Assembly: GCA_963807605.1 (NCBI GenBank)
Contig: CAWECG010000003.1
Location: forward strand, 256,001-320,000
Length of the DNA: 64,000 nt
Reading direction: 5' to 3'
From: Candidatus Bathyarchaeota archaeon
Lineage (GTDB): Archaea; Thermoproteota; Bathyarchaeia; 40CM-2-53-6; RBG-13-38-9
The notes under the pieces were generated by a model. It was not told where the DNA came from. It worked only from the letters and a program-made list of their open reading frames with translations, and ran no database searches. A program made the translations under genes and the position numbers. Shown here piece by piece: positions 29,565 to 40,058 of this stretch. The stretch's first letter is position 1. Each line of letters starts with the position of its first letter.

Positions 29565-30172
29565 TTGAGGAACGGAGAATCAAAGAAGCCGACAGGAACA
29601 TCAAACAATATCTCTCAGACGGACTGTTGAGAATCAAAGACGATAAACACAAGAAGTTTGCTCCATTTTTCATAGAACAGGCCGAGAAATCACTCCATAC
29701 AGCGAACTTGATCTACGATGTTTCAAGTACTGATGATACGAAACAGGCTCTCCGAATGGAGAAGTCATTTGAGTCATATATTTGGGTAATTGTAACCTCA
29801 TACTACTCGATGTTTTATGCTGCTCTAGCATTGCTTTCAAATGAGGGAATAAGAGTAGGCAACCAGATAGTTCACAAAGTGACTTCAGATGCTCTCATAC
29901 ATTTCTTTATATCCAATAGACGCCTAGCCAAGATGCTTGAAGATTATGAGGAAGTCCGAGATGCAACATTGCAGCTCATTGGAAGAGAGGAATTGATGAA
30001 GAGATTTGAGAAACGTGCCGACGAACTAATTATTTCCTACGAACAGGAGATGAAGAAAAGAAGCAGATTCCAATATGACACAGGTGAAATGGCAAGAAAG
30101 AGCTATGCAGAGACAAGCTTGAACCGAGCAAGAGAATTCTTCTCTGAAGTAAGAAAGATCCTGTCAGAATGA
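29561..30172 (+). CDS. HEPN domain protein (putative toxin)
   Basis: YYSMFYAALALL, H, R-X4-Y (RSRFQY); ATGA overlap with the MNT gene. Confidence 0.85.
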   Translation: MIEERRIKEADRNIKQYLSDGLLRIKDDKHKKFAPFFIEQAEKSLHTANLIYDVSSTDDTKQALRMEKSFESYIWVIVTSYYSMFYAALALLSNEGIRVGNQIVHKVTSDALIHFFISNRRLAKMLEDYEEVRDATLQLIGREELMKRFEKRADELIISYEQEMKKRSRFQYDTGEMARKSYAETSLNRAREFFSEVRKILSE

Positions 30173-30855
30173 GTTTGCCGCCGGCCACTAATTCAATATT
30201 GATAGGTTATTCTAGCCTCAATACTGAGCTATGGGTCTAGGATGCATCTTCAATCGGTCTTATCCAGCACCTGACATTGAGCGTTTTCTGTCCCTGACTT
30301 TTCCTCACATGTCATATCGACTTCACGCATTATTTGCTGCTGTGTCAGGCTCCTTGTTCATCGCTTTCAATGGTTGATTCCGAATCTTGCCCCGCCTCAC
30401 GTTTGAGTTCTCGCTCAAACTCGTAGATACTCTGGTTCCTCTGCCCTGTTTCAGACAGGATCTCTTGCGCCTTCTCAGGCGTCTTCCAAATATCGTCTAG
30501 GTGCTCTCACTTCTTTCTCATCTTTTGCAACTCTGCATAGATATGGGTGAACAATCGAAACTGGAAGCGCTTCAGCTACTGGCTGGTTTGACTGAGAAGG
30601 CCTCTTCACCAAATTGTGTTAAGTCTGTCTTGAAGACTTGAAAGGGACTTTGGGAAGCGATAAGAAACGTCGACTTGATATCGAAGACAGTGTCAATTAT
30701 TTGGCCTGTCATTGAGCGATCGTGGTCGTAGCTTAGAATAATGCTCTTGCGGGCTGGCCTAATCCAAGCCAAGAATGATCGGATGTATGATCTCCGAGTT
30801 CATTCACTGCGCAAGTTCTTCATATTCAAAATGTACTTTCAATTTCTAATTATTT

Positions 30856-31542
30856 CTATTGAACTCCTAGCCATATAACAATTAAGAGAATAAAACCGAT
30901 AGTAGTCATTATGATTCCGAGGAGAAGGCTTGCCTTGGCCGCATTCGTGGTTAGCATCTTTCTGAAGTATAGCATAGCCTGCTTACTCGAAAAGGCCAAA
31001 AGAATTGCTGTTAGTGGAATAACAAAGATGATGTTGTATGCAAGTAGATACGCGACCTTGAAAGGTGAATCAGCTATGAGGGACAGGAACGTCATGTAGA
31101 TGCCTCCTGTACAAGCACATGGGAAGTTGTGAAGACCAATGAGAATACCTGCTGCCAAAACTGCGGGCACGCCGCCAAACTTCATGAAACGTACGGCCCT
31201 TGAGCTGAGTGTCTTTGAGATAGATTCGATTCTGAGTGGGATCGTTTCAGGTCGGAAATAATTGATTATGTTAGCCATGCCGACTAGCAGCATTCCAGTT
31301 GCAGCAATTCTAGCTAGAAAGTGAGGTATTGTTGGCAACGTGATGAAAAGCAAAGTTACTCCAAGCCCAACCATGAAGTAAGAGAAAAAAACACTGCTGA
31401 TGTAAATAGCCCCGTATCCCAAAATTACCTTGCGGTCGGTCTGAGTTGCATACATAAGGCTCAGGAATAAGCCCAGAAGCCCCAACGAACATATGTTTAG
31501 CCCGTCAGCGAGTCCCATAGGAATAAGAGGCAATGGGTTCAA
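30856..31542 (-). CDS. CcdA/DsbD-like transmembrane electron-transfer protein
   Basis: GLADGLNICSL and FPCACTGGIY membrane Cys motifs; 6 TM. Confidence 0.75.
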   Translation of the reverse strand: MNPLPLIPMGLADGLNICSLGLLGLFLSLMYATQTDRKVILGYGAIYISSVFFSYFMVGLGVTLLFITLPTIPHFLARIAATGMLLVGMANIINYFRPETIPLRIESISKTLSSRAVRFMKFGGVPAVLAAGILIGLHNFPCACTGGIYMTFLSLIADSPFKVAYLLAYNIIFVIPLTAILLAFSSKQAMLYFRKMLTTNAAKASLLLGIIMTTIGFILLIVIWLGVQ

Positions 31543-31549
31543 CAGTACT

Positions 31550-32029
31550 CTATCCTCGTACGACTTTGATGATCCCTGTGTTAAGAAGAGTAATGCTTAC
31601 TTTGTTCCCTGACGAGAGACAGCCCTGCTCTGTCATGTCGTGCTTATAGTTGAAGTGTAATTCAGTCCCATCGGCGGCTATTATGATAGCAATGCAGTTG
31701 GTTAGACCAGCCTCCACTTGCCTACAGTTAGTGTCGGCTTTTACGATACCAGTCGTTTGACCTTTGAAGGGAACATTCTCGATCTTACCGTAGAATTCAT
31801 CATTACTTTGAGTAGACGAATTGAGCTTCTTAACGGGGTAGGCGCCTTTGCTTTCGTTAGACATGCTGCTCTCAGCGGGGGGTGCTTCCAGACGTTGAAT
31901 AGGAGGGTTAAGTTTACCACCCATATGTGATGTGGGCGATGGAATAAGGAAAGCAATTCCGCCTATGAGCACAACAAGAGTCATTAGAATAAAAAGTCCG
32001 GCGTATGCTCTGCGCCTACTTTGAGGCAT
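31550..32029 (-). CDS. Membrane-anchored hypothetical protein with three Cys
   Basis: N-terminal TM; DTNC...TNC...HDM..GCL. Confidence 0.65.
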   Translation of the reverse strand: MPQSRRRAYAGLFILMTLVVLIGGIAFLIPSPTSHMGGKLNPPIQRLEAPPAESSMSNESKGAYPVKKLNSSTQSNDEFYGKIENVPFKGQTTGIVKADTNCRQVEAGLTNCIAIIIAADGTELHFNYKHDMTEQGCLSSGNKVSITLLNTGIIKVVRG

Positions 32030-32336
32030 ATCCTGTACCTTCCAAGTCCCTATCGGGCAAATGTAAAGCTTTTCATGTTATATAAATCTTATCACCGCAA
32101 TTTTGTCTGGCGTTATCTAAGCCAGGCACCTCCAGATCACGCGCCTTCTATGAATTATTTCATTAGGAGATTTCTTTCAGAGCATCACTTCACTGCTTTC
32201 TTCAGAGCCTGATCTGTACCTTCGATCATTGTCTGAATGTCTTCGAGATGATGGATGTCTGATAATAGATTCTCAGCTCTCGGTAAAGCTCGGTAAGCAA
32301 AAAAAGAAGAGGGGGAAGGTAAAATCCGATTCGGTC

Positions 32337-35300
32337 TTACCTTACTGGTATTGCTAGTCTTCTTTTCCAGCGTAGTAGGAACAGCGACGCTGCTAATGCT
32401 GAGACCAGGGCTACTAGTCCTGTTGCTGGGAACTCGGGTATCGGTACGCCAGACTCTTGTAGATAGAAGGGCGCTACGCCCGCTCCACCCCAAGTTACGA
32501 CTTCCGACACTGTTCCACTCTTGTAGCCTGGTCCTCCTGCGGATATTGTGTAGGTGTCAGGCTTAGCGTAGGTGTAGTACCATCCATCGTAGGGTCCCCA
32601 CGCAGTGTATGTTGTTATTGAGCCCACTGCTGATACTGTCTGCCATGATCCCAAGTTGTAGTCACCCATGAAGTTGCGTGTGTATTCGAATCCGGCGACT
32701 CTTGCTAGTCTGTCCATTTCGAAGATGACTGTTGTTATGCCTTGGCATGACGGGGTTGCTGTGACTGTGGAGAGCTGGATGTAACCTATCTGGTTCTCCT
32801 CGGTCACCACAATCGTGTAGGTTGTACCCCACATGAGGCCATATCCAGCATGGTCACCGTGCGGTCCATTGGAGAATTGGTAGATAGTCTTAGGTCCTTT
32901 ATCGTTGTAGCCTAGAAGCTCCCAAATCGCGGCTCCGCCTGTTCCTGGATCAAAGCTTCCTGTTGCTGGTTTGTTGACTGGTGTGCTATAGGTGCTGAAG
33001 CCTTGTAGTTGGAAGACCCATGTCTGCACACCTGTGTTCTGTCCAGGGTTGAGTGCTCCATCCCATGGATACTGGCTTACAGTCGAGTAGGTTGCCTGTG
33101 GTACTGCCGTTATGTTGCCTGCTCTTAAGGTTCCGTTCGAGTCGTAGGCTTCTACTCGGAAGTAGTAGCTGTAGAAGTCTTTCGGTAATGGTGCTGGTAT
33201 GAGTTCAGTCTTAAAGTCTACGACAACATTGATGGTCGGGCCTGCCAGCAGATATATTGGAGAGTCACCTACGCTACTTCCCACCTGCGCGTAAACCGCT
33301 GGGAACTGTACCTGGACGTATCCAGGAGTCATAGCCATCAATGTGTAGGTGTCGGTTGGTAATCCGGCGCCTTTGATTGCTCCGCCTGTTCTAAAGTAGT
33401 CTGTGAGGAATCCTCCTCCTCCATTCCCGTTCAACGTTACGCTGTTCGATGAGGCGCTCTGTTCGCTCCAACTCTCGGCCCAGATGTAGGGATTGAGCCA
33501 AGAGGTCTTTGAGTTGTAGAGATCAAGCATTATGTTCTCACCAGGATGGATCCAGTTGACTGGTTGAGATGGGTCTTGGCAGTCGCGGCTGTAAACGGTC
33601 GCTATTACCGATGCGCCCCTGTATATGTGGAAGCTGAGTGTGCCGTTTGAGCAGTACTGTACTGTAAATTGTGGGAAGTCTTGCTGTACCCATTCATTCT
33701 TGAAAGCCTTGATTGTGTAGGTTCCGTCAGGCATACCGTGGACTTCTCCTACTGTAGAGAGGCTTGCGGTTTTTCCGTCAATCCAGGCGTTGCTGTCACC
33801 TATGAGCATCATTGAGATGCCGGTTGCGTGTGGCAGATTGTTGGTAAAGTCACCTGTTGAATTCCACGCTTGCAGTACACCGTTGGCATCGTAGGCCTCG
33901 AAGACTAATGGTAACGCTATGTTATTGTTGGGAATGGTCGGACTGTTGGGGTCGACTTCTTGTGATGGTAGTGGCTGTAGTTGGAAGTGGACTGTTGCGT
34001 TGATGCTTCCTCCCTTGTAGAGGTCCATCTCCAAGTAGGCTGTTCCTGGGAACTCTACTGCTGGAAAGTTCACAGTGTACTCCTGAGTCTGGACGTATCC
34101 GTAGACCCATGTTTTCACTGTGTAGGTTCCAGGAGTGATTCCAGATGTGAAGTCTGCAAGGAAGGTTGGTACGTGTCCATCCCAACTAGTCTCGATTCCG
34201 CTGTAGCCTGACGGGTCACCCCAGAATGTTCCGAAGGTCCTGGGATCAGCTTTTATGTCGAAGGAGAAGTCCTTGTAGGCTTCTTTTGTACCGTTGCTGT
34301 TAATTAGTTCTTGCCATGCCCAGCCGTACGTGTTGTTTATGTTATTCATTATCGCTGGAGTGTTGTATCCATTCATTAGAGTTCCTAGGTTAGCTGGACT
34401 TGGGTTGAACGGGCCGGGTGCATTCTTGGATGTTAGGTCGTTCCAGATGTTCTTAGCCTGGACTGTGGTTGCTCCCTCAGTGAACCAGTACCATACTGCG
34501 TTAGGTCCGACAGGTGCGCCTTGAGCACCAGTGGATGATGTTCCTCTGACGTCAGCTCCACCTGGGACAACAGGCAGAATGGCAAAGCTTGCTGGGAAGC
34601 CGTCCATAGTCACATATTTAGGCCAGTCTATTGGGCCTGTTGGGCATTTACTGTAGACTTTTGTCTGGAGTTTGGCTGTTGGAGAGACGTAGATGTCTAC
34701 ACCGTGGATTGACTGCCCAGTGCTAACTGTTATCTGGGTTGCTAAGGTTTCTGGAACAAACCCAGCCGCGTAAGCGGTTAAGGTGTAGACTCCAGGTGCT
34801 AGGCCTTCTATTTCATAGTAGCCATTGCTTCCTGTTCCCCTGTCCTTCCATGCTCCGCCTTGGCCTGGCAGTTCGCCGAGGAACCAGCCTTCACCAGAGA
34901 CAGCTGCGCCTGAGGGTGAGGTTCCCATAGCAATAACCTTGCCTGAAGTTGCGACTCCGGCGCCATAGTATGAGCCGTAGTAGTACTGGCTGTGTCCACT
35001 GTATCTTATTGTACCGCTGATGTATCCTGGGTCAACGTCACCCTTAACCACAATACATGGATAGTTCTCTGGTGGGATGGTCTGGTACTTTTCAAAGTAG
35101 CCGTTCAGGTAGCCTGCCCACGGATCGTTGTTGATGCTGCCCCACTTGAAACCATTTGTGTTTGGAGCCACATAACCCATAAGTTGGGGTGCTTGTGGTG
35201 CTTGCCACAGGCCTGGCCATCCACCATTGCTGCCATAGATCTTGCTGCTAGCAGTGCTGCTAACAGTTTGATTTTGGTTGTATGGTATTATGCCGATATC

Positions 35301-36353
35301 TCTCTCTGGCTGGTCTGTTGATGTGTAGAAGATTTTGAAGAAGTATTTGCCTGCGATGCTCGGAGCTTGCATGTTCAGGATCTTTACCCTGTAGTATCCG
35401 GCGAAGTTTTTCTCAATTCCGTTGGTGTCTTGGGTACTGATCTGGCGGTCTTGCCATGGGTCCATGTGGGGCGGATACAGGAATCCAGAGCTGCCCTGAT
35501 AGACCTTGTCACTTGTGTATTTCATATTGAAGCTCGGGTCGTTTGCTGTTAGGTCTGAATAGCGGCTTGCTGGGAAGATAGTTGGCTCGGCTGTTATTCG
35601 GACAAACCACCAGTTTGGTGCGACTGGGTTCATTGGGCCGAATTTGCCGGTCATGATCATGTTGTGGTCGTTGGTTATTGTTGTCTCAATGTTTGAGGTG
35701 TCACCGAAGCCCTGGTTTGTTGTCAGTGAGTCAGGCCATCCTGCTGCCCAGTTCGAGCTATTTGGTGGAGAGAACTCAGGCGGAATGGCGATGTACAGGT
35801 ATTTGCTGAGTTCGAAGAGGCTGCCTGGCTGGGTGTAAGGCCAGCTTGGTGGTTGCTGCGGGGTTCGCCATGAGATGTTGATTGGACCTGATTGTTCATT
35901 TGGTGCTAGATGACCTGGTGTTCCGTGGTCGGATGTTGTGTTTGTGAAGTCTGATATGCCGATATAAATGAAGAAGTCGCCGACCGTGTCTGTGACTACG
36001 GCGCCATCGGGGGAGTAGTATTGTTGTTGATCGCTTGGTGGAACGTAGAGGCTTCCAGGAAGCACGAATGCTTGATGTCCTGGAACATGTCCGCCAGTGG
36101 GGGCGGTCGCGTTAAACCCGGTTCCAGGAGATTGATACTGGGAGGGGTATTGTTGGTACCCGTTTCCGGCCCCACCTGTTGTTACATTATACGGGAGGCC
36201 TCCTGCGTTGGACTCACCAATCTTGTTTGGCAGCTGGTCACCCAACGTGTAGATGGCTGAGACCTGCTGTACAGTAGCTAATGTAGCTAATACAAATATA
36301 GTTACGCAAAGCGTCGCTAGTATTCTCTTATTCAATTTTTCTTTTTCTCCCAT
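32337..36353 (-). CDS. Large secreted cell-surface glycoprotein (carboxypeptidase-regulatory-like beta-sandwich repeats) with PEF-CTERM-type sorting signal
   Basis: Signal peptide; repeated G.Y.LTA..GY/F segments; many N-x-S/T sequons; C-terminal VPIPEFP, TM helix and RWKRR. Confidence 0.85.
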   Translation of the reverse strand: MGEKEKLNKRILATLCVTIFVLATLATVQQVSAIYTLGDQLPNKIGESNAGGLPYNVTTGGAGNGYQQYPSQYQSPGTGFNATAPTGGHVPGHQAFVLPGSLYVPPSDQQQYYSPDGAVVTDTVGDFFIYIGISDFTNTTSDHGTPGHLAPNEQSGPINISWRTPQQPPSWPYTQPGSLFELSKYLYIAIPPEFSPPNSSNWAAGWPDSLTTNQGFGDTSNIETTITNDHNMIMTGKFGPMNPVAPNWWFVRITAEPTIFPASRYSDLTANDPSFNMKYTSDKVYQGSSGFLYPPHMDPWQDRQISTQDTNGIEKNFAGYYRVKILNMQAPSIAGKYFFKIFYTSTDQPERDIGIIPYNQNQTVSSTASSKIYGSNGGWPGLWQAPQAPQLMGYVAPNTNGFKWGSINNDPWAGYLNGYFEKYQTIPPENYPCIVVKGDVDPGYISGTIRYSGHSQYYYGSYYGAGVATSGKVIAMGTSPSGAAVSGEGWFLGELPGQGGAWKDRGTGSNGYYEIEGLAPGVYTLTAYAAGFVPETLATQITVSTGQSIHGVDIYVSPTAKLQTKVYSKCPTGPIDWPKYVTMDGFPASFAILPVVPGGADVRGTSSTGAQGAPVGPNAVWYWFTEGATTVQAKNIWNDLTSKNAPGPFNPSPANLGTLMNGYNTPAIMNNINNTYGWAWQELINSNGTKEAYKDFSFDIKADPRTFGTFWGDPSGYSGIETSWDGHVPTFLADFTSGITPGTYTVKTWVYGYVQTQEYTVNFPAVEFPGTAYLEMDLYKGGSINATVHFQLQPLPSQEVDPNSPTIPNNNIALPLVFEAYDANGVLQAWNSTGDFTNNLPHATGISMMLIGDSNAWIDGKTASLSTVGEVHGMPDGTYTIKAFKNEWVQQDFPQFTVQYCSNGTLSFHIYRGASVIATVYSRDCQDPSQPVNWIHPGENIMLDLYNSKTSWLNPYIWAESWSEQSASSNSVTLNGNGGGGFLTDYFRTGGAIKGAGLPTDTYTLMAMTPGYVQVQFPAVYAQVGSSVGDSPIYLLAGPTINVVVDFKTELIPAPLPKDFYSYYFRVEAYDSNGTLRAGNITAVPQATYSTVSQYPWDGALNPGQNTGVQTWVFQLQGFSTYSTPVNKPATGSFDPGTGGAAIWELLGYNDKGPKTIYQFSNGPHGDHAGYGLMWGTTYTIVVTEENQIGYIQLSTVTATPSCQGITTVIFEMDRLARVAGFEYTRNFMGDYNLGSWQTVSAVGSITTYTAWGPYDGWYYTYAKPDTYTISAGGPGYKSGTVSEVVTWGGAGVAPFYLQESGVPIPEFPATGLVALVSALAASLFLLRWKRRLAIPVR

Positions 36354-36374
36354 TTAGTTTTGTCTATATGGTAA

Positions 36375-36397
36375 TGCTTTACAATCTCTGTAAAGCA
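36375..36397. promoter_or_regulatory. Palindromic operator TGCTTTACA-N5-TGTAAAGCA
   Basis: Perfect 9-bp arms between a TATA-like element (~36424-36430) and the ATG at 36353; motif recurs three more times. Confidence 0.75.
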
Positions 36398-36562
36398 CAG
36401 ACCACGCTACGTATAGAAGTAGTATTTTAACTCTGTGACGGCATCCGACATATGGTAAAAATAACAAAATAGAGAGATTCATCGAAGCAAGAGACAGAGA
36501 AGCTTATTCGTGGATTGAAACGGGGAAGTACACCCGATCTAGACCGTGTTTCCATTTTGACA

Positions 36563-37126
36563 TTACAGTTTGACACTTATCTCGAGGCCATCTCCACCTA
36601 CAGGAACGTATCTGCTGTTATATTTTCCCGAGAACCTGACATAATCTAGGTAGTTTCTCATCTGGTTTGCGAATATTCCAGCGTTGTCTGCGACTACAAC
36701 TCCTCCGTTGTGAATCTTGCCCTCGACTAGTTGCAGATAGTCAAAGTACTCTTTCTTATCTGCGTCTATGAAGACTAGGTCAAACGTGCCCTCCAGCTGG
36801 GGTATAATCTCCTTTGCGTCACCAATCATTATTTCGACGGTCGGCAATATCTCTGCTTTTCTTATGTTCTGCTGTGCAATCTTGGCTTCGTCTGTATGGT
36901 TCTCAATGGTGATTAAATGAGCCTCGTTTCCAAGCTCCTTTCCCATTAGAATTGCCGAGTAGCCCGTAAGGGTCCCAACTTCTAAAACGCGCTTGGGCTT
37001 GACTGCTCGAATCACGTCTGCCAAGACTTGGCCCTTCTTAGGGCCTACTATAGGCAGGGTCTCGTTGTCCTCCGAGAGTGTAGCGGGCGAGTTGTAGTCA
37101 GGTTTCTGATAGAGTTTGTTCATCAA
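36563..37126 (-). CDS. O-methyltransferase (class I SAM, COMT-like)
   Basis: VLEVGTLTGYS, FDLVFIDADK, VVADN. Confidence 0.9.
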   Translation of the reverse strand: MMNKLYQKPDYNSPATLSEDNETLPIVGPKKGQVLADVIRAVKPKRVLEVGTLTGYSAILMGKELGNEAHLITIENHTDEAKIAQQNIRKAEILPTVEIMIGDAKEIIPQLEGTFDLVFIDADKKEYFDYLQLVEGKIHNGGVVVADNAGIFANQMRNYLDYVRFSGKYNSRYVPVGGDGLEISVKL

Positions 37127-37149
37127 CTCTATTGCGCCCCCAGAATGTC

Positions 37150-38208
37150 TTAGTGGCTGACAACTATCGCGTTCGGAATCTTATCGATCCTGCTCTTCAA
37201 GGGGCCGGCGTCGACCAACGTTTCTTGTTCTCTTTCCAGAAAGCCTTGTTCAATCATCCACTGGTCCGAAAAGATCTTGCTCAGATAGTTCCTTCCGGTG
37301 TCTGGTAACAGTGCAACAATGACCTCATTCTTGTTAAGGCCCCTCGCGATATTGATAGCTGCATGGACTGCGGCTCCAGAAGATCCCCCGACGAGGAGAC
37401 CCTCCTCCCTAGCTAGGCGCCTAGCCATGAGAAAAGCATCTTTGTCACTAACTTGGATTATCTCGTCCACAACCTTCAGATCCAAGGTCTCAGGCATGAA
37501 GTCCTCACCTATGCCTTCAACCTTGTACGCATGCGCAGCCTCCTTCAATCCATGGTATCTAGATTGATAGATAGAACCTTCAGGATCGACGCCAATGACT
37601 CGAACTCGAGGGTTCTGCTGCTTAAGATATCTTCCCGTGCCCGTTATAGTTCCTCCTGTTCCCATGCCCGCCACGAAGACTTTCACACGCCCTCCAGTCT
37701 GATCCCAGATCTCCGGGCCAGTTGTCTCGTAATGTATTTTTGGGTTGTTTGGGTTGGCATATTGATTTGGCATGAATGCGTTAGGTATCTCTCTAACCAG
37801 CCTTTTTGCCACTTCACAGTAGTTCGCGGGTGAGTCCGGTGGAACGCTGGTAGGGGCAATAATAACTTCGGCGCCAAACGCCTTCAGCACCTTCCTCTTC
37901 TCCTCACTCATCTTATCAGGCATCGTGAAGATCATCTTGTAGCCCTTAATCGCTGCGACTAGAGCCAACCCGAACCCGGTGTTACCAGAGGTCGGTTCCA
38001 CAATCGTCCCCCCCGATTTCAATAAACCCTTCTTCTCAGCATCCTCAATCATAGCTAAACCAATACGATCCTTGACGCTTCCTCCTGGATTAAAGTACTC
38101 GACTTTGGCCAAGACTGTAGCTTCAAGAGCCTTGGTTATGTTGTTCAGTTGGACAAGAGGAGTGCCCCCTATTGTCCCCAAAATGTTTTCATGGTATTTC
38201 AAAGCCAT
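37150..38208 (-). CDS. Cystathionine beta-synthase (catalytic domain only)
   Basis: [56 protein letters not shown]. Confidence 0.85.
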   Translation of the reverse strand: MALKYHENILGTIGGTPLVQLNNITKALEATVLAKVEYFNPGGSVKDRIGLAMIEDAEKKGLLKSGGTIVEPTSGNTGFGLALVAAIKGYKMIFTMPDKMSEEKRKVLKAFGAEVIIAPTSVPPDSPANYCEVAKRLVREIPNAFMPNQYANPNNPKIHYETTGPEIWDQTGGRVKVFVAGMGTGGTITGTGRYLKQQNPRVRVIGVDPEGSIYQSRYHGLKEAAHAYKVEGIGEDFMPETLDLKVVDEIIQVSDKDAFLMARRLAREEGLLVGGSSGAAVHAAINIARGLNKNEVIVALLPDTGRNYLSKIFSDQWMIEQGFLEREQETLVDAGPLKSRIDKIPNAIVVSH

Positions 38209-38219
38209 CACATCGCTCG

Positions 38220-38240
38220 GCTTTACAATTTATGTAAAGC
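38220..38240. promoter_or_regulatory. Palindromic operator GCTTTACA-N5-TGTAAAGC
   Basis: Perfect 8-bp arms in the CBS/CGL divergent region, between TTATATAA (38268-38275) and the CBS start. Confidence 0.75.
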
Positions 38241-38390
38241 TTCTGGGTGAAGGCGACTATAACACCGTTATATAAGTCTAACGTCACCTTGTGAGGTCGA
38301 GGAGAAACTACGTTGGTAGTTGCATACGCGCGCTTATGGAATCGGTTGTAGCATGATTGTGAGAGTTATGAAAATCATGGATGTGATCTT

Positions 38391-39533
38391 GTGAAATTCT
38401 CAACAAAGGCTATCCACTTAGGTCAAGAATCTGACAGGACCACAGGTTCGGTGACCGTCCCAATATATCAAACCTCCACCTACGCTCAGCTAGCGCCGGG
38501 GAAGCATAGAGGATATGAGTACTCGCGCACCGGGAACCCTACCCGAGCAGCTCTTGAAAAGAACCTTGCCGCCCTTGAGAATGGAAGATTAGGTCTTGCC
38601 TTTGCCTCAGGAATGGCGGCCATCTCAGCGATAATGACATTGCTGGAGAAGGGAGATCACGTTGTGGCCTGCGACGATGTGTATGGTGGAACCTACAGAC
38701 TCTTCAACAGCGTCCTTAGAAAATTTGGTTTGGAATTCACTTTCGTGGACGCATCTGCCTTGGAGAACGTCGATGCGGCGATCCGTTCTGATACCAAGAT
38801 AATTTGGGTTGAGACCCCCACAAATCCCCTCTTGAAACTAGTAGATATAGCTGGCATGTCAAAGGTAGTGAAGAAACATCAGGCAATACTCGTTGTGGAC
38901 AACACCTTCATGAGCCCTTATTTTCAAAGGCCGTTAGAACTTGGAGCCGATATCGTCATGCATAGCACAACAAAGTACATAGGTGGACATAGCGACCTAA
39001 TCGGTGGAGCAGTAATAACCTCAAACAAAGATATCTACGAGAAACTAAGATTCATTCAGAATGCCGTAGGCGCAGTCCCTAGCCCGTTTGACTGTTGGCT
39101 TGTCCTGAGGGGTGTGAAGACTCTCGCTCTGAGAATGGAAAGACACAACACCAACGCACAGAAGATTGCTGATCACATTGAGTCACATCCAAAAGTTAAG
39201 AAAGTGAACTACCCCGGATTGAAAAGCCATCCCCAACATGACCTTGCCAAAAGCCAAATGTCAGGTTTCGGAGGCGTAATATCGTTCGAATTGAAAGGTG
39301 GGTTAAGGTCATGTATGAAGCTCCTGACCAATCTCAAGATTTTCTTACTTGCCGAAAGTCTAGGCGGGGTTGAATCGCTCATAGAGCATCCAGCAATAAT
39401 GACGCATGCTTCGATCCCAGAGGAAAGGAGGATCAAGCTTGGAATAAATGAGAGCCTAATTAGAATGTCCGTTGGAATAGAGGATGTTGAGGATCTTATC
39501 GAAGACTTAGATCAAGGATTGAAGAAGGCATAG
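38391..39533 (+). CDS. Cystathionine gamma-lyase/gamma-synthase
   Basis: PIYQTSTY, YSRTGNPTR, ETPTNP, DNTF, HSTTKYIGGHSD, AESLGGVESL. Confidence 0.93.
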   Translation: MKFSTKAIHLGQESDRTTGSVTVPIYQTSTYAQLAPGKHRGYEYSRTGNPTRAALEKNLAALENGRLGLAFASGMAAISAIMTLLEKGDHVVACDDVYGGTYRLFNSVLRKFGLEFTFVDASALENVDAAIRSDTKIIWVETPTNPLLKLVDIAGMSKVVKKHQAILVVDNTFMSPYFQRPLELGADIVMHSTTKYIGGHSDLIGGAVITSNKDIYEKLRFIQNAVGAVPSPFDCWLVLRGVKTLALRMERHNTNAQKIADHIESHPKVKKVNYPGLKSHPQHDLAKSQMSGFGGVISFELKGGLRSCMKLLTNLKIFLLAESLGGVESLIEHPAIMTHASIPEERRIKLGINESLIRMSVGIEDVEDLIEDLDQGLKKA

Positions 39534-40058
39534 GGCTCAGCAATTTTACAGAACACTATAGATCTGCCCAGTGAGCTTACACCTTCTTAGTTCTCTGAAC
39601 CCGATTTTCTAGTCTTCTCTGCTACTCTTCTTCCAAATCATTATTCTGCATCTAGAAGTCTGCCAAGTCCGAAGGCTCGGCAAATCTCTTTTGGAACGGT
39701 TTATCCACACTGCTACCAATATTAGGTTCTAGGCTTTCACTAATGCTGGAAACGAAGGAAAAAAGGAGTGTATGACAAGATTGATCTGCAGTGTTTCAAC
39801 CTGTACATAAAGATGTAATGAAATCTTGGATTAATTCTCGATAAACGGCTCTCGCGATTTCGATACATCCTTTTGTAGACAGCGCGATCTTATGCAAATG
39901 TTAGAAGTCCTACTGTTCTGAATATTTGTTCAGAAGCCTATGGTTGCCGCGGCTTTCTTCTGTCTAACGAGTGCTAGGGTTATGAACGCCTTAAAAGTTG
40001 CACTTTGAGAGCATCGCTCTGCCAGAGCATACAAATTGAAACAATAGAAGAACGAACT

